Source of the DNA: Treponema sp. | Lineage (GTDB): Bacteria > Spirochaetota > Spirochaetia > Treponematales > Breznakiellaceae | Length of the DNA stretch: 63,226 nt | Reading direction: 5' to 3' | NCBI GenBank assembly: GCA_031258305.1 | Contig: JAIRNA010000097.1 | Coordinates: 1-63,226, forward strand | Shown here: piece after piece, positions 1 to 8,617 of the stretch | Numbering within the stretch: position 1 is the stretch's first letter | Layout of the letters: every line of letters begins with the position of its first letter | The notes under the pieces: model-generated | What the model was told of the DNA's origin: nothing | The model's input: only the letters and a program-made list of their open reading frames with translations | Database searches by the model: none | Program-made: the position numbers and the translations under genes

Positions 1-2121
1 CCGGATTATGTATTATATTCCTCTGATTCTTTTTCACCTATTGCAGTGATAGAAGCCAAAAAATCCGGTGAAAGTCTAGAAAAAGCATTAAAACAAGGAA
101 TTGAAAAATACGCTTCACCACTTGGTATAAAAATTGTATTTATAACCGATGGGACATTTATTCAAGCATATCATACAGAAGATAAAGATTATTTATATTA
201 TAATTCCGAATTGGTCACTGAATTCTTATCGGAAAAAAGATTAAGATTATTCGTTGATGGCGGCAGTAAAATATTTAGCGAACAAAAAGTGACTCATTCT
301 AAAGTAGAATTGATTAAAATATTTGAAGAAGCAAATGATATTTTACGAAAGGATGGTTTAAGCGAAGGAAAAGAGCGTTTTATCGAATTTTCAAATTTGC
401 TATTCTTAAAATTAATTAGCGATATAGAGAAACAAAGAGAGGAGAATGGAGAAAAAAGACGATTAGAACCGGTCTATTGTTGGGATGAATATAAAGAAAA
501 AAATGCTGAAGCCTTGTTTGTTCATATAAACAATATTGTTTTACCACGTTTTGATAAAGAGTATAATCATTCAAGTGATATATTTAATAAAAAATTATTA
601 ATAAATAAACCAATGCATTTGAAAGAAATCATTGATAAAATTTCAAAAATTGGTAATTTACTTGACACAAATTCCGATGTTAAAGGCGATGCTTTTGAGT
701 ATTTCTTAAAAAATTCGATAAGCGTCGGGAATGATATGGGTGAATATTTTACGCCAAGACATATCATAAAATTAATGGTAGAATTACTTGATTTGAAATT
801 TGAAGAAACCATCTACGATCCATGCTGCGGCACAGGCGGGTTTTTAATTGAGGCATTTAAGAACATTCGGAATAAATGTAAATTAACAAACGAAAATAAA
901 AAAATACTTGAAAATAAAACCGTATTTGGCCGTGAAATATCAACAACTTCAAAAATCGCAAAAATGAATATGATTATTATGGGTGATGGTCATAACAATA
1001 TAAAGCAAATGGATTCATTGGAATTTCCTGTTAAAGAAGAATATGACGTGGTGTTATCAAATTATGCTTTCTCGCAGAAAACCGATTACGGTTCATTTTA
1101 CGGGTTTAATACTATAGACGCGAATCCCATATTTTTGAAGCATATATTTGACAGTCTAAAAAAAGACGGACGTTGCGCCGTTGTTGTTCCTGAAGGCGTT
1201 TTGTTTGACACAAAAAAAGATTATATTAGAATTCGTCAAATACTTATTGAACAATCCAATGTAATCGCCGTGATTCGTTTGCATAATTTTACTTTTAAAC
1301 CTTATACCGGTCAACCGACAAGTATTATAGTCTTTAAAAAAGGGGAGCGCACTGAAAATGTGTGGTTTTTTGATGTGCAAGAAGACGGTTTTCAAAAAAC
1401 CAACAGCAAAAAGGGGCGTCGAAAAACATCCGAAGATGATTTAATTCTCTTGCGCCAGATATGGAATGATAAACTAACTACAAAAAAGTCTTTTAGCATC
1501 CCTGTAGAACGTCTTAAAAAAAATAATTTTCAATTGTCGATGGGAAATTATGAAAAAAAGAAATCCAACATAGAAACAGTATTGTTAAAAAATTTAGTAA
1601 AAAATGAAGAGATTATAATTGGTTTCACTCCTGACCGCGAGGATGATTCTTTTTGGTTTGGCGGGAAAAATATATGGGTGAAAGTCGGCGATATTCATGA
1701 TGATGATATGTATATAGAAGATTCATCAGAGAAAATTACAGACATCGCCATAAAACCAAAAAAACTATTACCCAAAGACGCGCTTCTTTTTAGTTTTAAA
1801 TTATCAATTGGTAAAACAGCCATTGCAAAAGTCCCACTGTATACCAACGAAGCTGTCGCCGGATTAATTATTGAAGATCCTATAATACGAAAATATTTAT
1901 ATTATATTTTACCGACCCTTAATTATGCTACAAATCGCGCGGCAAAAGGGGAGACGTTGAATAAATATTCTGTTGGTAATATTCAAATACCATTTGATAA
2001 AAATAATATTGAAAAATTGGTAAAAGAATTAGATAAAATTGAAAATGAACGTCAAGAACATATATCAATAAATGAAAAATTGAAAGAGAAACAATTATCA
2101 ATAATAAAGAAATTATTGTAG
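1..2121 (+). CDS. Fused restriction-modification protein, 5'-truncated by the window edge: PD-(D/E)xK nuclease motif, gamma-class N6-adenine DNA methyltransferase and one HsdS-like target recognition domain
   Basis: Frame 1 is open from nt 1 (PDYVLYSSDSFSPIAVIEAKK, an HsdR_N/Mrr-type D...ExK motif), so the track start at 46 (GTG) is internal. DPCCGTGGFLIEA is SAM motif I. VVLSNYAFS sits where NPPF motif IV is expected. The C-terminal ~190 aa (LFSFKLSIGKTAIA...YTNEAVAGLI plus a terminal coiled helix) look like half of a Type I S subunit. Very AT-rich. Confidence 0.75.
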   Translation, partial: PDYVLYSSDSFSPIAVIEAKKSGESLEKALKQGIEKYASPLGIKIVFITDGTFIQAYHTEDKDYLYYNSELVTEFLSEKRLRLFVDGGSKIFSEQKVTHSKVELIKIFEEANDILRKDGLSEGKERFIEFSNLLFLKLISDIEKQREENGEKRRLEPVYCWDEYKEKNAEALFVHINNIVLPRFDKEYNHSSDIFNKKLLINKPMHLKEIIDKISKIGNLLDTNSDVKGDAFEYFLKNSISVGNDMGEYFTPRHIIKLMVELLDLKFEETIYDPCCGTGGFLIEAFKNIRNKCKLTNENKKILENKTVFGREISTTSKIAKMNMIIMGDGHNNIKQMDSLEFPVKEEYDVVLSNYAFSQKTDYGSFYGFNTIDANPIFLKHIFDSLKKDGRCAVVVPEGVLFDTKKDYIRIRQILIEQSNVIAVIRLHNFTFKPYTGQPTSIIVFKKGERTENVWFFDVQEDGFQKTNSKKGRRKTSEDDLILLRQIWNDKLTTKKSFSIPVERLKKNNFQLSMGNYEKKKSNIETVLLKNLVKNEEIIIGFTPDREDDSFWFGGKNIWVKVGDIHDDDMYIEDSSEKITDIAIKPKKLLPKDALLFSFKLSIGKTAIAKVPLYTNEAVAGLIIEDPIIRKYLYYILPTLNYATNRAAKGETLNKYSVGNIQIPFDKNNIEKLVKELDKIENERQEHISINEKLKEKQLSIIKKLL

Positions 2122-2138
2122 TGTTGTGCGCCCACTTT

Positions 2139-2244
2139 GCCTAACGGGACTATTTACGCTTCGGGGCTAAAGCCACTCGGACTCCGTTCGACTAGGTCAG
2201 CCGCTACGCTCCATTCCCACGCTCACTCCAGAACGTTATGCGCC
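2139..2244 (+). repeat. GC-rich ~106-nt repeat copy 1 (attC-like), directly after the RM gene
   Basis: Starts GCCTAAC (fits RYYYAAC) and ends GAAC-GTTATGCGCC. It shares ordered blocks with copy 2: 18/22 at the 5' end, an identical TTCGACTAGGT, and CCCACG(C/A)T(C)CACTCCA. It has a small central hairpin, GGCT-AAA-GCC. Confidence 0.6.
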
Positions 2245-2275
2245 ATTAAATCTTTTCAAATTTTTAAAAAATATA

Positions 2276-2304
2276 TTGACGCTATGAAATATTTTTGATA
2301 TAAT
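2276..2304 (+). promoter_or_regulatory. Sigma-70-type promoter for the 173-aa ORF
   Basis: TTGACG (2276-2281), 17-nt spacer, TATAAT (2299-2304). GGAGG at 2322-2326 precedes ATG 2333. Confidence 0.6.
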
Positions 2305-2332
2305 ATATATAAATTTTTACTGGAGGAATGAA

Positions 2333-2854
2333 ATGAAAACATCTTCAAAAATTTGCTTTTTGGCATTAGCAATGATCTTTTCCGGCAACTTAGCAGCCCA
2401 GGAAATCCTAGAAACAAAAACAAATAGTAATCTGTTGTCCTACTATGACACGGAATTGTTTCAATGGAGTTATAGTATGTTTGGAGGCTTGGCGCTGAAT
2501 TTTCAGAATCAAAGTTCTGTAACCATGTATGGAATAAAGGAATCTATGAAAAATGCCTTTATTCAATATGAAGATACAAATCAACGGTATCGTTCATATC
2601 GCGGCAAAACTATCGCTGGAAATATCTTATTGTGGGGCGGCTTTGCTACTGTACTTGCCGGCGCATATGTGCCAATTTTTGGAACTTCGCAGGATAATAA
2701 CAACTATGAAAATACTTTTAAAATAAGTATTGGTGTAATGTTGGGCGGGCTTGTTACTGAAATAATAGGCGCATTTATATTACAATCAGGGCAAGAAAAT
2801 ATTTTTGATGCTGTAAATTTATATAACAGGTATAGAATAAATGATTATAAATAA
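2333..2854 (+). CDS. Hypothetical secreted/membrane protein (signal peptide plus two C-terminal hydrophobic helices)
   Basis: The N-terminus MKTSSKICFLALAMIFSGNLAAQE is signal-peptide like. Hydrophobic runs are TIAGNILLWGGFATVLAGAYVPIFG and ISIGVMLGGLVTEIIGAFIL. AT-rich like the upstream RM gene. No family recognised. Confidence 0.6.
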   Translation: MKTSSKICFLALAMIFSGNLAAQEILETKTNSNLLSYYDTELFQWSYSMFGGLALNFQNQSSVTMYGIKESMKNAFIQYEDTNQRYRSYRGKTIAGNILLWGGFATVLAGAYVPIFGTSQDNNNYENTFKISIGVMLGGLVTEIIGAFILQSGQENIFDAVNLYNRYRINDYK

Positions 2855-2876
2855 AAAGATGTAAAAAAGATTCAAC

Positions 2877-3040
2877 GGCGCATAACAGGTCTGTTTACGC
2901 TCCACCGCCATTCGGCGGCTCCGGGGTTCTATTCGACTAGGTTGGTTGCGCCTCCCACGATCCACTCCATCCATATTTTAGCGGGGCTATAAACCTGCGG
3001 TTTGTAGCCCCACTAAAATGTTATATACAGCCGGAACGTT
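2877..3040 (+). repeat. GC-rich repeat copy 2 (attC-like), interrupted by a ~67-nt palindromic insert
   Basis: Begins GGCGCATAAC, the exact reverse complement of GTTATGCGCC that ends copy 1. It follows copy 1 up to CACTCCA (2969) and resumes with GAACGTT at 3034-3040. Confidence 0.55.
2976..3018. repeat. Near-perfect 20-bp-stem palindrome nested inside repeat copy 2
   Basis: TTTTAGCGGGGCTATAAACC (2976-2995), TGC loop, GGTTTGTAGCCCCACTAAAA (2999-3018). 18 Watson-Crick pairs, one T-G and one C-A. Confidence 0.7.
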
Positions 3041-3121
3041 TTCCGCGTTGTGTTCTTTTTTAGGCACTGTGATTCCAAGAGTATACTTTCCGAAACGATT
3101 TGTCAAAATGTAACCGCCTAC

Positions 3122-3150
3122 TTGACTGTTTTTCAAATTTTTGTTATTAT
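3122..3150 (+). promoter_or_regulatory. Sigma-70-type promoter of the rplU-prp-rpmA-obg operon
   Basis: TTGACT (3122-3127), 17-nt spacer, TATTAT (3145-3150), about 30 nt upstream of ATG 3181. Confidence 0.6.
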
Positions 3151-3180
3151 ACCGTAATATTTTCTATATAAGGATTTGTT

Positions 3181-3492
3181 ATGTATGCGTTAGTAGAAAT
3201 CAAGGGTAAGCAGTACAAGGCTGAAAAAGACACCCTCTTAAAAGTAGACCTTCTCGATGTTGAACCCGGTTCAACGTTGAACATCGACTCCGTGTTGCTC
3301 CTGTCGGGCGACACAATGAGTGTGGGTGCGCCTTATGTCGCGGGTGCTTATGTTACCGCGACTGTAGAATCCCACGAAAAAGACAAGAAAATTATCGTTT
3401 TCAAGTATAAGCCCAAGAAAGACTATCGACGGAAACAAGGGCACCGGCAGCGGTATTCCGTCATCAAGATTAAAGATATCGCGGCTGTATAG
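3181..3492 (+). CDS. rplU: 50S ribosomal protein L21
   Basis: MYALVEIKGKQYKAEKD... is a typical L21 N-terminus. 103 aa, followed by prp and rpmA. Confidence 0.95.
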   Translation: MYALVEIKGKQYKAEKDTLLKVDLLDVEPGSTLNIDSVLLLSGDTMSVGAPYVAGAYVTATVESHEKDKKIIVFKYKPKKDYRRKQGHRQRYSVIKIKDIAAV

Positions 3493-3538
3493 TCGAAGCG
3501 ATGCTCGAAATTATGATTCTCACGAGAACAGTGTAGAA

Positions 3539-3871
3539 TTGATGATGATAGAGATAAGTATTCATTTTGAAGATGGGCTTTTACGTTCTTGTTTCATAGA
3601 AGGACACGCGAAAGCCGGTCCCAGAGGTAAAGATATTATCTGTGCAGCGGTTTCCGTGCTTGCCAGAACAGCGTGGCAGGTACTTTCCGCAAGAAAAGGC
3701 GTGACGGTCTTGGGAAAGGCCGTTAAACGTGGAGAGTTCAGCTTTGAAGTAACAGCTTGCAAGGGCGAAGAACCTTTTCTTGCGGGTGTTGGCGCTTTCC
3801 TCACGGAAGGGCTTGAATCGGTAGTAAGGGACTATCCGAAAAATTGCAGAGTGGTGATCACTAATGTGTGA
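3539..3871 (+). CDS. prp: Ribosomal-processing cysteine protease Prp (YsxB/DUF464 family)
   Basis: Lies between rplU and rpmA. EGHAKAGPRGKDIICAAVSVL keeps the catalytic His and Cys spacing of Prp. The start is ambiguous (TTG 3539, ATG 3542 or ATG 3545). Confidence 0.8.
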   Translation: MMMIEISIHFEDGLLRSCFIEGHAKAGPRGKDIICAAVSVLARTAWQVLSARKGVTVLGKAVKRGEFSFEVTACKGEEPFLAGVGAFLTEGLESVVRDYPKNCRVVITNV

Positions 3872-3908
3872 TTGACTATTAGAAGATGGTATGTTAGGGA
3901 GGTAAACT

Positions 3909-4160
3909 ATGGCTAGAAAAAGAGGCGGAAGTGGCGCAAAAAACGGGCGGGATTCTAATCCGCAGTATCTCGGTATAAAGGCATCGGGCGGTTCCACGGT
4001 AAAAGCGGGAACCATCATCGTAAGACAGCGAGGAACAAAGATTCACCCTGGAGAAAACGTGGGATTGGGTGGCGACTATACCCTCTTCGCCCTGATTGAC
4101 GGAGTCGTCTCCTTTAAAAATCGCCGTGGACGCAAATTTGCGGCGGTAATGGCACAATAG
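3909..4160 (+). CDS. rpmA: 50S ribosomal protein L27 (no N-terminal propeptide)
   Basis: [28 protein letters not shown]... is a mature-type L27 N-terminus. An in-frame TAA at 3903-3905 rules out an extension. Confidence 0.95.
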   Translation: MARKRGGSGAKNGRDSNPQYLGIKASGGSTVKAGTIIVRQRGTKIHPGENVGLGGDYTLFALIDGVVSFKNRRGRKFAAVMAQ

Positions 4161-5368
<1,208 letters not shown>

Positions 5369-5378
5369 GCGATTTACT

Positions 5379-6647
5379 ATGAAACTAGCGATACTCGGTG
5401 GGAGTTTCAATCCCCCGCATATAGGACATCTCGCGCTGGCGTCCGCGGTAATTCCGCTCGGTTATGAGCGGGTCATTTTCGTGCCAGCGTTTGAGTCGCC
5501 GTTCAAACAGGGTGCGGTTGGTGCAAATCCGCGGGACAGGCTTGATATGCTCGCGGCATCCATCCCTACAGACACCCGGCTCACCGTGGATGACAGCGAA
5601 ATACGGCGCGAAGGCGTCTCCTATACTGCCGATACCCTCAATGACATCGCCCGCCGTTACTATCCTGATGGCAAATTGGGACTCATAATCGGCGAAGATC
5701 TCGCCCAAGACCTCCCTAAATGGCACAAATACGAAGAAATTCGCCAAAAAGCCGAAATTATCATCGCTCGTAGATTTATTCCTTCTCTTGACGAAAATAT
5801 TAAACTTGAGAAATATGAAGAGAATAATGGAACAAAGGATAAAATTTCGTATTCTTCTGCGACTAAATTTAACGTAGACAAGTTTCAGTACCCGCACAGA
5901 ATCCTCGAAAATGCAGTGATCCCTATCTCTTCCGCGATGATCAGGGAAAAAATTGCGAAAAACGAACCATGGAAGTACCTTGTGCCTCAAGGTGCGAGAG
6001 TCATCATTGAAGAACGAGGGCTTTATTTCCAGTTTCCGCCTCCCGGCTCTCAACTTCCAAGCTCTCTTATCTATCGTATGGAGGATGCGACTCGCTTTCT
6101 AGTAAGTCCTTCCCGTTTCCTGCACTCGCGTAACGTAGCTCTTCTTGCTGCGGACCTTTGCATCCGTTTCGGGCTTGATTCTCGCAGAGGCTACCTCGCG
6201 GGCATAGTTCACGACATCTGTAAATCGTTTTCCACTGAGGAATTGACAGACATCATCAAAAGAAACGGAGGAAAAATTTCAAAGATGGGAAAAAAGAAAC
6301 CGGCCCTTCTCCATGCGCCGGCCGGCGCTCTCTTCATACGGGAAAAATTCGATATTCAAGACGAAGATATTCTTGAGTCCGTACGCGTTCATACTATCGG
6401 CGCGAAACATATGGGACAACTCGCCAAAATCGTGTTCATCGCCGATAAAATAGAAGTAACCCGTCCCAGTGTTCGTCCTGTCATCCGCGAAATGTGCCAG
6501 CACGTACCGCTAGATATGTCTCTCGATGAATTGTTTTCTCTGATTTTGAATGAAACGGTTGATTTTATGCGGTCAAGAAATATGGATATTTCCCAAGAAA
6601 CACTAAGGCTCCTAGATGCAATGCAGAGAAAAACAGACTCCAATTAG
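5379..6647 (+). CDS. nadD: Nicotinate-nucleotide adenylyltransferase NadD fused to a YqeK-type HD phosphohydrolase
   Basis: N-terminal GGSFNPPHIGH (HxGH nucleotidyltransferase motif). The C-terminal half has LHSRNVA...IVHDICK (HD motif) as in YqeK. An extra ~60-aa insert lies in the NadD part. Confidence 0.85.
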   Translation: MKLAILGGSFNPPHIGHLALASAVIPLGYERVIFVPAFESPFKQGAVGANPRDRLDMLAASIPTDTRLTVDDSEIRREGVSYTADTLNDIARRYYPDGKLGLIIGEDLAQDLPKWHKYEEIRQKAEIIIARRFIPSLDENIKLEKYEENNGTKDKISYSSATKFNVDKFQYPHRILENAVIPISSAMIREKIAKNEPWKYLVPQGARVIIEERGLYFQFPPPGSQLPSSLIYRMEDATRFLVSPSRFLHSRNVALLAADLCIRFGLDSRRGYLAGIVHDICKSFSTEELTDIIKRNGGKISKMGKKKPALLHAPAGALFIREKFDIQDEDILESVRVHTIGAKHMGQLAKIVFIADKIEVTRPSVRPVIREMCQHVPLDMSLDELFSLILNETVDFMRSRNMDISQETLRLLDAMQRKTDSN

Positions 6648-6739
6648 GTGCGCCGATAGGACACATATGGTCAATCCGAACATCTATATTGTGTTTTACC
6701 CACTTGAATATTTAACTATTCTTGATTATCATTATAGTT

Positions 6740-7396
6740 ATGAAGAAAATTTGCTTGTTTTTATTAATTATTCCTGTCTTAGCGTCTGCTCAGGAAATCG
6801 TTACCGCGAATCGGTATATGGAAATGGTATCTGAACAATACAGCGGTATGCGCGATTATGAGGCGAAAATAGGCATACAGTCGGGATCAAGCGCGATGTC
6901 GGGAACGGTGAGTTACCTGGTTCCGTCTTTCTTGCGTATAGATTTTACGACGCCTGCGGAACAAGTCATCGTGTTTAATGGGGATCAACTCACTTTGTAT
7001 CTGCCCGAATATCGTGCGGTTCTGAATCAGGAGGTGACGTCTGGAGGCGCAGGATTAGCGACAGGCGGGGGACTTACCCTTATGCGGCGTAATTACGTGC
7101 CGTCTTACGTGACCGGTCCCGATCCTTCGCCGCTTGAGGGGTCAGGCGAATCGGTAGTGAAATTACGGCTATCGCGCAGGTCCGGCGCGGAGAGCTTTCG
7201 TGAAATTATCCTGAGCATAAATCCAAATACGAAGCTCATCAGACGTATGGAAGGCACGACTCTGAGCGGTTCCGTGATACGCTTTGATTTTACCAACATC
7301 AGGAGCAATATCGGTATTCCCGAACAGCGTTTCATCTACGACTCGCCCGGCTCGGCGAATATGTACAATAATTTTCTCTTTCGAGACACAGAATAG
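6740..7396 (+). CDS. LolA-like outer-membrane lipoprotein carrier/sorting protein
   Basis: Signal peptide MKKICLFLLIIPVLASAQE. GTVSYLVPSFLRIDFTTPAEQVIVFNGDQLTLYLPEY is typical of the LolA family. ATG 6740 is preferred over TTG 6722. Confidence 0.7.
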   Translation: MKKICLFLLIIPVLASAQEIVTANRYMEMVSEQYSGMRDYEAKIGIQSGSSAMSGTVSYLVPSFLRIDFTTPAEQVIVFNGDQLTLYLPEYRAVLNQEVTSGGAGLATGGGLTLMRRNYVPSYVTGPDPSPLEGSGESVVKLRLSRRSGAESFREIILSINPNTKLIRRMEGTTLSGSVIRFDFTNIRSNIGIPEQRFIYDSPGSANMYNNFLFRDTE

Positions 7397-7410
7397 GGAA
7401 GGGGCGTGAA

Positions 7411-8538
7411 TTGGAATCTTTAGGAAACAAACTGAAAACAACCCGCGAGAATAGGAACGAAACCTGCGATGAGGTGAGTTTTAAAATCAATGTGGCAAGT
7501 CGTTATCTCAAAGCTCTTGAAGCTGAGGATTTCTCGGTTTTCCCGGGCGAGGTTTACACGCTTGGGCTTATGAAGAATTACGGCGAATATTTAGGGCTTG
7601 ATCCTAAGGAATTGATTAAGCTCTACCGTGACAAAAAATTGCAGGAACAGCCTATGCCGCTTGAGCTTCTGAAACCGCAACGGCAGTTTCAGATTAAGCC
7701 TTTGATTAAGGTCCTTGGGGTTCTCGTCCTATTAGCCTTTATTGGGGGTGGATTTTACATCGTCACTCAAAATATACCTAAGTTTGAAAATTCGATGCCG
7801 AAGCTATCACGCAAGGCGAAGAACTGGATGGTTGACTCTTTACCTATGGAAAAACGCCTGTTTGTCAACGATTCCTTTGTTGTTCCGTATGAAGGTGCGG
7901 AGTACCGCCTGATTTTGGCATCAGTGGGAGATACGGTCACGGTGACTTCAGACGGCAGGGACGCCATAGCGCTTAGTTTGGGAGTTGAAAAATTTGTCGA
8001 TGTTGACAATGATGGTTTCAGCGACATAAAAATCACGGCATTGGATTTCGTGAAGAATAAACCATCAACCGGAGCGCGCCTGTTACTTGAATTCTCGGAT
8101 TCGGTGATCGCTAATTCTGAGAATGCCAATATAGCGCAAAACGATTCGCAGACCGTAGAGTTTGCACAGGAAGCAACCCCGTCTACCAAGGGGAATGAAA
8201 CGCAGGTCATCATCTTCTCTTCGCCGACCCCATATCCTTTTACGCTACAGGTAACCTTTCAAGACTACACTCTGTTCCGATGGGAGATTCTGGCTGAAAG
8301 AAACAGACAGGGACGCAATGAACAGTATTTCGAGCGGAATAAAGAATTGAGTATCCAAGCCCAGAATGGCGTCCGAATTGGCATATCAAACGCCGCGGCC
8401 GCAAAGATTCAGGCAATAGGCGGTGGAAGAGGAGTTCCACTCGAACTAGGTGCATCCGGCGAAGTCGTTGTCGCGGATATTCACTGGATAAAAAAAGAAG
8501 AAAACCGCTACCATCTCGTACTGGCGTTCTTGGAGTGA
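7411..8538 (+). CDS. RodZ-like cytoskeleton protein (HTH, one TM helix, C-terminal DUF4115-like domain)
   Basis: N-terminal HTH LGNKLKTTRENRNETCDEVSFKINVASRYLKALEAEDFSVFPGEVY, then TM helix VLGVLVLLAFIGGGFYIV. TTG start after GGGAAGGGG. Confidence 0.7.
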   Translation: MESLGNKLKTTRENRNETCDEVSFKINVASRYLKALEAEDFSVFPGEVYTLGLMKNYGEYLGLDPKELIKLYRDKKLQEQPMPLELLKPQRQFQIKPLIKVLGVLVLLAFIGGGFYIVTQNIPKFENSMPKLSRKAKNWMVDSLPMEKRLFVNDSFVVPYEGAEYRLILASVGDTVTVTSDGRDAIALSLGVEKFVDVDNDGFSDIKITALDFVKNKPSTGARLLLEFSDSVIANSENANIAQNDSQTVEFAQEATPSTKGNETQVIIFSSPTPYPFTLQVTFQDYTLFRWEILAERNRQGRNEQYFERNKELSIQAQNGVRIGISNAAAAKIQAIGGGRGVPLELGASGEVVVADIHWIKKEENRYHLVLAFLE

Positions 8539-8604
8539 ATAGGAATAGCTTTTTTGTTATCAAACATCGCTTATTGTAAGAATAAATTCACTGACTACTC
8601 CTAT
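8539..8604 (+). repeat. Intergenic hairpin element (instance L, rodZ-like|rimO)
   Basis: ATAGGAATAG 8539-8548 pairs with CTACTCCTAT 8595-8604 (9/10, the mismatch is a G-U equivalent). AT-rich core TTGTTATCAAACATCGCTTATTG. Confidence 0.4.
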
Positions 8605-8617
8605 ACCAGAGCTGTTT

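Noticed and set aside
2139-2969. TTCGACTAGG in both attC-like repeats as a tRNA-like T-arm
   Set aside because: No acceptor, D or anticodon arms can be drawn around it. The similarity to GGTTCGAATCC is partial.
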